64,000 bases of DNA from Candidatus Woesearchaeota archaeon (GTDB lineage Archaea; Nanobdellota; Nanobdellia; Woesearchaeales; WJKL01): NCBI GenBank assembly GCA_019322435.1, contig JAHWIR010000005.1, positions 67,443-131,442 on the forward strand, read 5' to 3'. Positions 54,443 through 62,852 of the stretch are shown here, piece by piece. Within the stretch, counting starts at the first letter, position 1. Each line of letters begins with the position of its first letter. The notes beneath the pieces are model-generated. The model ran no database searches, was not told where the DNA came from, and saw only the letters and a program-made list of their open reading frames with translations. The translations under genes and the position numbers were made by a program.

Positions 54443-54633
54443 CTTTTGAATTTGTACTCAAATTGGTTTCTGTGGTCAGAATTTCTAAAGTTTACTGATC
54501 TGCTTAATCTTAGTTTTCTTAAGCAGTTAGTCACAGAACCAATGGAAACAAGAAGTTCTTTACTGATATGTTTGCTTGTAAACCATTTCCTTTTATTATC
54601 CTTCAAAAAATCGTATATATCTTGTTGTCCCAT
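54439..54633 (-). CDS. Small winged-helix DNA-binding protein.
   Basis: 64-aa ORF with an HTH-like segment (ISKELLVSIGSVTNCLRKL). Confidence 0.4.
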   Translation of the reverse strand: MGQQDIYDFLKDNKRKWFTSKHISKELLVSIGSVTNCLRKLRLSRSVNFRNSDHRNQFEYKFKR

Positions 54634-54730
54634 GTTATAATAAGAAATGTGTAGTCATTTATAAACGTTATGGAAAAGTTTTAAATAGTGGGATATTGTA
54701 TATAATAGTTATTATAGGAGGTTTTTAGAC

Positions 54731-54937
54731 ATGAAAGCAAAAAAAGTTAATGTAGGCAAGTGCTTCTATCCAGCAGGGATAGGATTTCCTTTATTGGTTA
54801 TACTGATTGGACTGTATTTTCTGTTGAAAGCAATGGGTTATATCCAAGAAAGCGCTATTTTTTGGCCTGTTGTGATAATCTCAATCGGTGTTTATTGGCT
54901 TGTGCAAAGGATCTATAGAAGTTCATCTATGAAATAG
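54731..54937 (+). CDS. Small membrane protein.
   Basis: 68-aa ORF with two hydrophobic helices. Confidence 0.3.
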   Translation: MKAKKVNVGKCFYPAGIGFPLLVILIGLYFLLKAMGYIQESAIFWPVVIISIGVYWLVQRIYRSSSMK

Positions 54938-54950
54938 ATTTATCATACTC

Positions 54951-55139
54951 ATGGCGGATTGCAATAATAAGATAGAATGTCCATGCACTTATCCTGGCTG
55001 TTCAAGAAAAGGGAAGTGCTGTGAATGTCTTAGATATCATTTGGATAATAATGAGCTTCCAGCATGTTGTTTTCCTGAAGATGTTGAGAAGAATTTTGAT
55101 AGGAGTTTTGAATTATTCTGTCAGATCAATAATAAATGA
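54951..55139 (+). CDS. Small Cys-rich (9 Cys) protein.
   Basis: MADCNNKIECPCTYPGCSRKGKCCECLRYHLDNNELPACCF. 62 aa. Confidence 0.35.
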   Translation: MADCNNKIECPCTYPGCSRKGKCCECLRYHLDNNELPACCFPEDVEKNFDRSFELFCQINNK

Positions 55140-55148
55140 GGTGGAAAT

Positions 55149-55976
55149 ATGAAGAAAATAATCTGTTTGTTGATTGTTCTTAGTTTGATTAATATTGCTT
55201 ATGCACAGGAGGAGCCTCCTAAGTGGCCTGGTGCAGATGAATGGTGGCTTGATCTAGAAAATAAGGAAGAAAGTGTTGATCCTAATGAAGTTCTAGGAGA
55301 TGCTAATATTGGTGTGTCAGGGCTTTACTATTTTTTCAATTTGCCTACTGAAGGTTTTGCAAATCCATATCTTTATGTGAGGATTCGTTTAGAACCAACT
55401 GATGCTCCTGATGAAGAATTAGAACCAATGGGCTGGGCTATAGAGCTAGATGAAGAAGAAGGGGATTATCATTTAGAATTAGAGTCTTTGACAGAAGATG
55501 GAATTAAGCTAAAGGTTAATGATGAAAGCACCAAAGTCATGAAACAAGGAGAATCTGATACTCTTTCTGATGGAACTGTTATTGGTGTTATAGACCTGGA
55601 AATTCCTAAAAAAGTTGATTTTGAATTAGATGAAATTGGAAGCTTGATAAAAGAGAATCTTGATTCAATTGACCTTGGCAAAGCTCCAAAAGCTCTGAAA
55701 TGGGTTCTTGGAAAGCCTAAGATAAATATTGAAGTCAATGGTCATGTTTATGGGTTTAAGATTGCTGGGAATACTATTAAAGAATTTACAGAAGGAGGAT
55801 TAGACAATCCTCATTACAAGATATTCATTGCAGAGAATGTTCTTAGAGATATTTTTGATTCAGAGGATCCTGCTTCTGCTGTTGGAGAGGCTTATAAGAA
55901 CGGAGATATTAAAGTAGAGCCGCAGAGATTAGGAGCTAAGATTAAGTTTTGGGTTGCAAAGAAATTTATGAAATAA
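55149..55976 (+). CDS. Secreted acidic hypothetical protein.
   Basis: Signal peptide MKKIICLLIVLSLINIAYA. GAGGTGGA ribosome-binding site. Confidence 0.45.
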   Translation: MKKIICLLIVLSLINIAYAQEEPPKWPGADEWWLDLENKEESVDPNEVLGDANIGVSGLYYFFNLPTEGFANPYLYVRIRLEPTDAPDEELEPMGWAIELDEEEGDYHLELESLTEDGIKLKVNDESTKVMKQGESDTLSDGTVIGVIDLEIPKKVDFELDEIGSLIKENLDSIDLGKAPKALKWVLGKPKINIEVNGHVYGFKIAGNTIKEFTEGGLDNPHYKIFIAENVLRDIFDSEDPASAVGEAYKNGDIKVEPQRLGAKIKFWVAKKFMK

Positions 55977-56225
55977 TCAATATTTTGTATTTATTTTTAC
56001 TTCTTCTCCCCAGTCTAGAGAATGAGCTTTGAACAGCTGTTTTATGCTTAGATGCTTGCTTATCTTTCTTCTTGCTTCTTTGCCGCAGCCAAGGCAGAGG
56101 TTTATTCTTCTTTCCAGGCCGTCTATAATCCTTATTGTCCACTGCTGTTCAAACTTTGTTCCGCAGTAGATGCAATTCTCTTTTTGGTGCTCTTCTTTTA
56201 TCACTGCTGATGTTGCTGGTCTCAT
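55977..56225 (-). CDS. Zinc-ribbon hypothetical protein.
   Basis: CIYCG...CLGCG. Confidence 0.4.
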   Translation of the reverse strand: MRPATSAVIKEEHQKENCIYCGTKFEQQWTIRIIDGLERRINLCLGCGKEARRKISKHLSIKQLFKAHSLDWGEEVKINTKY

Positions 56226-56279
56226 AGTATTTTTGGGTTAAGAACTAATATATAAGTATTATGTTTGATTAGGAAGTAG

Positions 56280-56708
56280 TTAAGAACTGATTTCTACAAC
56301 CTTAATCTTAAACTTCAGAACTTTTCCAGCTAGTGGATGGTTCAAGTCAATAGTTATTTCCTTATCAGTCACTTCTGCAATCTTTGCTGGGAACTGCCTT
56401 CCATCTGGTGTATTTAGCATTAACATCATGCCTGGCTTTGGTTCTTTGTCTGCTGGCAGTTTATCTCTTGGTATTTTTTGAACTCTTTTAGGATCAGGAT
56501 CTCCATAAGCATCTGCTGGCTGCAATGTGATTTCTTTTTCCTCTCCTTTTTCCATTCCAATGACTGCTGCATCAAACCCTTTTATCAGTTTTCCAGCACC
56601 AACTTCAAATTCCAGCGGCTGTTTACTTTCAGAAGTATCAAATACAGTTCCATCTTCTAGTGTTCCTGTATAATCAACTTTTACTTTGTCTCCTTTCTTG
56701 ATTGGCAT
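56280..56708 (-). CDS. FKBP-type peptidyl-prolyl cis-trans isomerase (SlyD-like).
   Basis: GDKVKVDYTGTLEDGTVFDTS...LEFEVGAGKLIKGFDAAVIGM. The ORF track extends to 56777, but the ATG at 56708 (MPIKKGDKV) is preceded by GAGGAG and a TATA box. Confidence 0.8.
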   Translation of the reverse strand: MPIKKGDKVKVDYTGTLEDGTVFDTSESKQPLEFEVGAGKLIKGFDAAVIGMEKGEEKEITLQPADAYGDPDPKRVQKIPRDKLPADKEPKPGMMLMLNTPDGRQFPAKIAEVTDKEITIDLNHPLAGKVLKFKIKVVEISS

Positions 56709-56811
56709 TAGTATCAACTCCTCGTTGTTTATAGAATAAGGGTTATATAATCTTTTATAAGTGTTAGGGTTTTTCACGAAACTTTTTAAATAAACTTAGA
56801 TTCACAGACTT

Positions 56812-57450
56812 ATGCAAACAGCAGAAGAAGTTAGAAGAGATGTAATGGAAGAACAGTTTGGATTAAATGAAAAGAATCTCAACAGAGAATGGTATTTAAT
56901 GCATTCATACTTAACTAAAGGAAATCTTGAAGATCTGAAAGAACAGTCAGTTGAAGCAACTCCTATATCTTATTATCCTGATTTTTCTAGGCCTGAAGCA
57001 GTAAGTGTTGAGCAATTAATAAGTAATGATGAAAGGCTTAAAATCAAACTGATCGAGAGAGTGAGAAATGAGATAAAGATGCTTAGAGATGAACAGCATT
57101 CACTCCGAAGATTAAGATATACAGGACCGCTTAGAAGCATAACCAATATAATCAATTATTCAAATATTCCTAAGTCAAAGGGATTTAAAATTTTTCAGAA
57201 AGCTTATGATGGATTTTATGAAAAATTTATTAAACCAAATTACAAGAATAGAAATTGGCTTATAAAAGGGATCAAACGAATTGGTAAAGAGATGCATTTA
57301 TTGTCTAATTTTCTTGAAGCAGAAGAACAGTTAAAGATGAAAATCCGTGATGAAGCTGACACAACTGCAGGCATAGAATATAAGATATCTATGAAGATGA
57401 TCCGTATATATGCTGAGGCTGTTCCAGCTGTTCTGACATCTGGATTGTAA
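56812..57450 (+). CDS. Hypothetical protein.
   Basis: 212-aa ORF. Confidence 0.4.
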   Translation: MQTAEEVRRDVMEEQFGLNEKNLNREWYLMHSYLTKGNLEDLKEQSVEATPISYYPDFSRPEAVSVEQLISNDERLKIKLIERVRNEIKMLRDEQHSLRRLRYTGPLRSITNIINYSNIPKSKGFKIFQKAYDGFYEKFIKPNYKNRNWLIKGIKRIGKEMHLLSNFLEAEEQLKMKIRDEADTTAGIEYKISMKMIRIYAEAVPAVLTSGL

Positions 57451-57497
57451 ATATTTTATTAGAAACTTATTTATACTATTTCTTCTGAATAAGTTGT

Positions 57498-57998
57498 ATG
57501 GCAAAAAAGAAGAGCGTGTTTAACAGCAAGGCAAAGACAAAGGGATTTAGCTTTGGACTGACTTCTGGGATTATCACTACATTGGGAATGATTGTTGGAT
57601 TAGAGTCTGCTGTCCAGGATAGTTTTGTGATTATTGCAGGAATATTGTCCATTGCAATTGCAGATGCTTTTTCAGATGCTTTAGGAATACATATTTCTGA
57701 AGAAGCTGAGGCAGAGCATACCAAAAGGAGCATATGGACTGCAACAAGGTATACATTCTTATCTAAATTTGCTTTTGCACTGGTGTTTATTATTCCTTTT
57801 TTGATGCTTGATATTGCTAATGCGATGATTATCAGTGTTGCTTTTGGATTGGTTGCTATTTCAGTCTACAGTTATATCATTGCAAAGAAGCAGAATAAGA
57901 AACCTTTCAAGGTCATTGGAGAGCATCTACTGATTTCTGTTATTGTGATAATTGCAACGCATTATGTTGGAGATATAATTAGGATTGTGATTGGTTAG
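57498..57998 (+). CDS. VIT1/CCC1-family-like membrane protein.
   Basis: GLTSGIITTLGMIVGL...IAGILSIAIADAFSDALGIHISEE resembles VIT-family helix pairs. 166 aa with 4-5 TM helices. Confidence 0.45.
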   Translation: MAKKKSVFNSKAKTKGFSFGLTSGIITTLGMIVGLESAVQDSFVIIAGILSIAIADAFSDALGIHISEEAEAEHTKRSIWTATRYTFLSKFAFALVFIIPFLMLDIANAMIISVAFGLVAISVYSYIIAKKQNKKPFKVIGEHLLISVIVIIATHYVGDIIRIVIG

Positions 57999-58773
57999 AA
58001 TTATAATAGATAGCTGGTTTCAAAACCTCAAGCCTGTTCCTGCCTTGTTTTTTTGCTTTAAGCAATGCTTCATCTGCTTTTTCAAACATATCAAACATAC
58101 CAAAAGAATCTTCATTATAGTGGCACAAGCCCATGCTCAGTGTGATTCTATGGTTATTCTTTATCTTTTTATCTCGAATCCATATTTCTATGTCCCTATT
58201 GAAATCTGATCTTACGCGTTCTCCTACAACAACTCCTTCTTTGGGTGTTGTATTGGGTACTGCTGAGATAAATTCATCACCACCCCATCTGCCTAAGAAT
58301 AATCGGTCATAGGGCCTTAATGTTCTTTGAATTGTTTCAGCTGATTTTATAAGCAATTCATTTCCCCTAAAATGCCCGTAATTATCATTTATGAGTTTAA
58401 GGCCGTCTATGTCTATAAAAAGACAGGCAACACCTTTTGGTTCTTCCTTTCTTAATTGCAGTTTATATGATCTATATTGTTTTTCATATTCTTTAATTAA
58501 CTCTTGCGTGTTTTCTTCGAATCCTGTTTTATTCAGAAGTCCTGTCAGGGAGTCTATGATTATTTTTTCTTTTAGATCCTTATTCTGTTCTTCTAATTCT
58601 TTTTTCTGTTCTTCTAATTCTTTTTTCTGTTCTTCTAATTCTTTTTTCTGTTCTTCTAATTTTTTAAGGTACGCATTCTCCTCTTCTAATTGTTCAACAT
58701 ACTTAGAAAGAAAACTTCTTTCTTCGTTATTAGCAATGTATCCAATGAGTTTTTCTATTGTCGCTGGCGCCAT
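57979..58773 (-). CDS. GGDEF-domain diguanylate cyclase with an N-terminal coiled-coil.
   Basis: LTGLLNKTGF...FIDIDGLKLINDNYGH..GNELL...RLFLGRWGGDEFISAV...SMGL...ADEALLKAKKQGRN matches a complete GGDEF domain with the GG[DE]EF signature intact. The N-terminus has KKELEEQ heptad repeats. Confidence 0.85.
   Translation of the reverse strand: MAPATIEKLIGYIANNEERSFLSKYVEQLEEENAYLKKLEEQKKELEEQKKELEEQKKELEEQNKDLKEKIIIDSLTGLLNKTGFEENTQELIKEYEKQYRSYKLQLRKEEPKGVACLFIDIDGLKLINDNYGHFRGNELLIKSAETIQRTLRPYDRLFLGRWGGDEFISAVPNTTPKEGVVVGERVRSDFNRDIEIWIRDKKIKNNHRITLSMGLCHYNEDSFGMFDMFEKADEALLKAKKQGRNRLEVLKPAIYYNSNQSQS
58580..58665. repeat. Four in-frame 21-bp tandem repeats inside the GGDEF gene, encoding (KKELEEQ)n.
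   Basis: TTCTGTTCTTCTAATTCTTTT repeated four times on the plus strand. Confidence 0.6.
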
Positions 58774-58813
58774 ATAGCAAGGAGAAAGGAGTAATAATAT
58801 TTAAATGTTTTTT

Positions 58814-59251
58814 TTAAGATGAGATTTTATATTCGTGTTTTGCTATATCTTTTACTAATGTAACTTCGTGTAATTGTTCACTTAATTTCATAACCTTATT
58901 AAATATTTTTAATGCATCATCCAGCTGTTTGTCAGTATGGATGTTCTTTCCTGTTTGTTTGTGATAGGCCATTTCCAAGCTGCCTCCTCCGATAAATACT
59001 TCTTTTACAACTTTGTTTTCAATAATTACCTGGACAGAAACAATATGCGAAGGTTTTACTTTAGCTAAATCTTTTTCTTTTATGCCGAGATATTTAAGAG
59101 CTTCCTGTATATGGTGTTTTTTTGAAAGAACATGATGGACTTCTTTCTTTTTTATATCAATCAATAATTTAAGCTTGTTTTTATTCAGCATATCCCTTAA
59201 TTCAATTTCATCAAAATGCTTTACTTCTCTTAATTCAACTTTTCCAAGCAT
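58814..59251 (-). CDS. Hypothetical protein.
   Basis: 145-aa ORF. Confidence 0.4.
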   Translation of the reverse strand: MLGKVELREVKHFDEIELRDMLNKNKLKLLIDIKKKEVHHVLSKKHHIQEALKYLGIKEKDLAKVKPSHIVSVQVIIENKVVKEVFIGGGSLEMAYHKQTGKNIHTDKQLDDALKIFNKVMKLSEQLHEVTLVKDIAKHEYKISS

Positions 59252-59283
59252 AGAATATAGTTTATGCTAATGGTATAAATAAT

Positions 59284-59550
59284 TTATTCTAATTCAACAA
59301 CATTTGTTGTCTTTAACTTAATCCCGTATTTTCTTAGGTCAACAATTGATTCAATGTGTTTTCTTTCCAAGGCCATGTAATCTTCATAGCTGGCTGGCTT
59401 TAGTTTTTTGATTATCTTCTTGAATGCTTCTGTGTTTGTCCTGAAGACTAGGCCTAAAATCTTGTGCTTTTGGATGCATCTATGGCAGTAGAAATTTGCT
59501 CCAATCATTTCAAGCCATGTTTGCTCTTTGTTGCAGTTGTCGCATTTCAT
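59284..59550 (-). CDS. Zinc-finger hypothetical protein.
   Basis: CDNC...CHRC. Confidence 0.4.
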   Translation of the reverse strand: MKCDNCNKEQTWLEMIGANFYCHRCIQKHKILGLVFRTNTEAFKKIIKKLKPASYEDYMALERKHIESIVDLRKYGIKLKTTNVVELE

Positions 59551-59660
59551 GTTTTTGGAAGGAAATTATATGGGTTTTTAAGGGTTTTGGTTAATTATAT
59601 AGTGATTTAGCAAAAAAATTATAAATAGGACTATAATCTTGGTTTTGGGGGGTAATTGAT

Positions 59661-59843
59661 ATGGCTGGAAAACATAAGGGATTCCATTTATTTACTGAAT
59701 TTTTAGGGGTGTTGTTGGGGACATACTTGTTTGTTTTAGGGTTGTTTTTAGAGGTGCATTACATGATAAAATTGTCCTTGATACTAACTGGCATAGGCGG
59801 AATGCTGATAGATTCTTATTGTATAACAACCTGGCTGAAATAG
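59661..59843 (+). CDS. Small membrane protein.
   Basis: 60-aa ORF with two hydrophobic helices. Confidence 0.25.
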   Translation: MAGKHKGFHLFTEFLGVLLGTYLFVLGLFLEVHYMIKLSLILTGIGGMLIDSYCITTWLK

Positions 59844-59854
59844 AGTTTTGACAA

Positions 59855-59869
59855 AGGTTTATAAACTTC
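59855..59869 (+). promoter_or_regulatory. BRE/TATA promoter for the 59888 gene.
   Basis: AAAGGTTTATAAACT lies about 25 bp upstream of the ATG. Confidence 0.4.
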
Positions 59870-59887
59870 TTTAGTTTTATATATAGT

Positions 59888-60319
59888 ATGAAGAAAATAT
59901 ATCTAATCTTAATATTATTGATATTGATAACTGGATGCAAATCTTCTTCGGTTGTAACGTCTGTTAAAGTAGTTGAAGAATCCAAGCCAATCATTATTGG
60001 GATTGATATCATAGAGAAATCTGTCCATAATTACATTGTCGGAGCTGAAGCAGAAGGAAAGTATCTTGCATTCAATGTGGAGGTTGCAAATGCCGGAGCA
60101 GGGGCATTTGATATAACAAAAGGGGATATTGAATTAAAAGACAAAGAAGGGAACAGGTATTTTATAGATGAGACTGTCTCTTATTACAGAGAAGACAGGT
60201 TTTCTGAAGTTACGATTCAGCCAAATGGAGATGTCAGTCTGAGGCTGGTCTTTGATGTGCCTGACCCTAACAAGGATTTCACTTTAATTATAAAGGGGAA
60301 ATCTGTTAAAGTAGAATAA
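59888..60319 (+). CDS. Lipoprotein-like secreted protein.
   Basis: ...LILITGCKSSS looks lipobox-like. A BRE/TATA box (AAAGGTTTATAAAC) about 25 bp upstream suggests a leaderless transcript. Confidence 0.45.
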   Translation: MKKIYLILILLILITGCKSSSVVTSVKVVEESKPIIIGIDIIEKSVHNYIVGAEAEGKYLAFNVEVANAGAGAFDITKGDIELKDKEGNRYFIDETVSYYREDRFSEVTIQPNGDVSLRLVFDVPDPNKDFTLIIKGKSVKVE

Positions 60320-60350
60320 GATTTAAATATAACAAATTCTTGCTAATCCT

Positions 60351-60653
60351 ATGAGTGTTTTAGAAGTTACTGCAGAAGAAGAAAAAGGATTAAGTGCTTT
60401 TTATCAGGATGAAAGATATAGGGAAACTGGAAGATGCACTAAGAAAGGTATTCTAATTTTTTTTAAACCTGTGGATAGGGAACCAAGTTTTGGTGGATTG
60501 AATGAAATAATTCTTATGGCTTTTGATGGTTTTTATAAGGCAATAGGAGTTTCTGAGTATGTCAATGGAAAATTTAAATTTGTTGATGGTGTTTTAGCTG
60601 CAGATGTTTATGTTGAGCCTTTGGCTGACGTGGTTATAAGAAGTTTTGGATGA
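60351..60653 (+). CDS. Hypothetical protein.
   Basis: 100-aa ORF. Confidence 0.3.
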   Translation: MSVLEVTAEEEKGLSAFYQDERYRETGRCTKKGILIFFKPVDREPSFGGLNEIILMAFDGFYKAIGVSEYVNGKFKFVDGVLAADVYVEPLADVVIRSFG

Positions 60654-61004
60654 TTATCTGGATTCTCTTTTTTTCTTCATGAATACCAGCAATAACCAGG
60701 CCAGAACAAATGCAGGAATAGGAGCAATGATCAAGAATATAGGGATGTGCCAGAAAACTTTTTCTGTTCTTATGAAATTAAAGTCTATAGCAAACCATAT
60801 CATCACTATTATGCCGATTGTAAAAGCAAATATTGCTGCTTGTTTTTCATACTTGTAAGCAAGATAAGGCCATACCAGGATTGGAATCAATATGATAAAT
60901 GCAATTATCTTGTTTTGGCTTTCAACTAAAACGAGAATTAGGTATAATAGGATAATTGCTGTTCCTATGTTTAGGATAATTCTTTTTAATGTCTCTGGCT
61001 TCAT
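60654..61004 (-). CDS. Small membrane protein.
   Basis: 116-aa ORF with 3-4 TM helices. Confidence 0.4.
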   Translation of the reverse strand: MKPETLKRIILNIGTAIILLYLILVLVESQNKIIAFIILIPILVWPYLAYKYEKQAAIFAFTIGIIVMIWFAIDFNFIRTEKVFWHIPIFLIIAPIPAFVLAWLLLVFMKKKRESR

Positions 61005-61056
61005 ATTACTGAGAAATGAGAAAACTACTATTTAAAAGTTTGTATAGAACAAACAG

Positions 61057-61081
61057 ACTTAGAAAATTTTTAATTTTCTAA
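61057..61081 (-). terminator. Perfect 10-bp-stem hairpin overlapping the stop of the nuclease gene.
   Basis: CTTAGAAAAT-TTTTA-ATTTTCTAAG. Confidence 0.35.
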
Positions 61082-62457
61082 GTATTCTTTTCGATAAAAT
61101 TTTTGACAACAACTTCTGCTTTACAGTCTTCTTTGTTGTATCTTAGGATTTCTTTCAGATAAGATTTTTTTCCTGTCTCAAGCCATCTGTCATACCATAT
61201 CATTGACTGGCCTCCAGAGGCTTTTTCAGAAGTCCATTTAAATCCTAGGAAAGAGGCAATGTCTTTTATTCCATAAGAATAGACAGGGAATATTGTTGTT
61301 TTCCTTACAACTGACAATAAATCAATCATGTTATTGATGATCTTATTGTATGTCTCTTTGTCTCCTTTGTGTTTTTCATAGAGTTTTTTCAGCATTGATT
61401 TCTCATGCCCTGAATAGACGTACAGCTTGAAGTTGTCTTTGTCTTTGAAGAAAGAGAGGAAGGATTTCCATGCCTGTTTTTCTTTAGAAGGCTTGTCTGC
61501 AAGGAAATATTTGTATTTTCCATTGATGACTATGCCAAACAAGTAGACAACCTTATCCTTGTTGACCTGCGTGTCTTCAACATCAAAATATATGTCTTCT
61601 GCTTCTGGAAAGCTGTAATCAGATATCTTTATGGGTTTCTTGGTTATTAATGCTTGGGCTTGTAATTTCCATCTTTCTAAAGAAGCTCTTCCAAAGCCTT
61701 TTACTTTTGACAATTCTTCGATATCCATTTTAGAAGCATCAATAAGATTTTTTATTCCCAGTCTTTTCAGCTTATCTGCATTGTCTCTTGATATATTGAA
61801 GACCAAGCTGAGGTCATTTGCTTTTTCTGCAATTGAAAAGCAGAAGTTTTTCCACTGGCATTCTTTGCATTCTCCGCAAATGTGGATATTCTCTTCTTTG
61901 CCTTTTGCAATGTCTTTAATCTTTACGAACATGTCTGAGAATCTGTTGAAGTAATCCTGTGTTTCTAGTTCTTTTATTGTTCCGTCTCCAAGCCACAGCT
62001 TGAATTTTAAAGGGCAGAATCCCTGTATTTTTTCTAATAGATAGCAATAGAAGCAGACCTGCATTGTGTATGTGTCTTTTGCTGACAATCCTGATTTGAT
62101 GTCCATTGGCTGATAATAATAATTGCCTAATTTGCTTTTTCCTTTCTTTTTTTCCAGGAAGTCTGGGATTCCAATCAGGTTCTTGTCTATTAAAACAGCC
62201 TGATAGATGAGTTTTTCTCCTTTTTTCATGAAGTCTAATGTTTGCTTGGCTGCTTGTTCATAAGAAATATCTTCTTCTGGCTTGGCAAATGTGAATTTTT
62301 TGATGACTTCTGCTTCATATTCCCTGCCTTCTTTCATCTTTTCCCTCATGAATTCAGAAAAAGGGATCCTCTTGGAAGGGTCTCCAAAGAAATGCAGATA
62401 GACTTTTCTAGGGCATTTTACAAATTCATAGAAGTTTGTTGCTCTGATTGGTTTCAT
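61078..62457 (-). CDS. RecB/Cas4-like PD-(D/E)xK nuclease domain with a 4-Cys cluster, fused to a C-terminal RNase H-like domain (TM0106-family-like).
   Basis: N-terminal ATNFYEFVKCPRKVYLHF and a mid-protein CGECKECQWKNFC cysteine cluster, typical of Fe-S Cas4/RecB-type nucleases. Family assignment is by pattern only. Confidence 0.45.
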   Translation of the reverse strand: MKPIRATNFYEFVKCPRKVYLHFFGDPSKRIPFSEFMREKMKEGREYEAEVIKKFTFAKPEEDISYEQAAKQTLDFMKKGEKLIYQAVLIDKNLIGIPDFLEKKKGKSKLGNYYYQPMDIKSGLSAKDTYTMQVCFYCYLLEKIQGFCPLKFKLWLGDGTIKELETQDYFNRFSDMFVKIKDIAKGKEENIHICGECKECQWKNFCFSIAEKANDLSLVFNISRDNADKLKRLGIKNLIDASKMDIEELSKVKGFGRASLERWKLQAQALITKKPIKISDYSFPEAEDIYFDVEDTQVNKDKVVYLFGIVINGKYKYFLADKPSKEKQAWKSFLSFFKDKDNFKLYVYSGHEKSMLKKLYEKHKGDKETYNKIINNMIDLLSVVRKTTIFPVYSYGIKDIASFLGFKWTSEKASGGQSMIWYDRWLETGKKSYLKEILRYNKEDCKAEVVVKNFIEKNT

Positions 62458-62789
62458 TTTCCATTATAAATAACAGAACTTTTTTCTGTTTCCCATAATC
62501 TCAATAGATGCAGGTTTAAGGGTTTTAGTTTATTCCAGATGTATTTTACAATGTTTTCAGCTGTTGGATTTTTTATAGTGTCATTAAGATAAGAGTGGTC
62601 TAGGATAGAAATAACTTTTTCTTTAACAATTGAATCTAGTTCACGAAAATCAATAACCATTCCGTTTTTAACTTTTCCTTTGACAGCAACTTCTAATTTA
62701 TAAGAATGACCATGCAGTTTGCTGCAGTTTCCGTTGTAATTTGGCAGTTTGTGCGCTGCTTCAAATCTAAATTCTCTTATTACAATCAT
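62454..62789 (-). CDS. queD: 6-carboxy-5,6,7,8-tetrahydropterin synthase (QueD/PTPS family).
   Basis: REFRFEAAHKLP...CSKLHGHSY (CxxxHGH) then DHSYLND. ATG at 62789 is preferred over the ORF-track TTG at 62807. Confidence 0.75.
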   Translation of the reverse strand: MIVIREFRFEAAHKLPNYNGNCSKLHGHSYKLEVAVKGKVKNGMVIDFRELDSIVKEKVISILDHSYLNDTIKNPTAENIVKYIWNKLKPLNLHLLRLWETEKSSVIYNGK

Positions 62790-62852
62790 ATGAAGAGAAA
62801 CATCCAAGAGCTATAAAAAGGTTTTTATACATTGAGGTAAATTGCTGTTATA

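Noticed and set aside
58580-58665. 21-bp x4 tandem repeat, considered as a minisatellite or CRISPR-like.
   Set aside because: It lies in frame inside the GGDEF gene and encodes KKELEEQ heptads of a coiled coil. It is therefore a coding low-complexity repeat.
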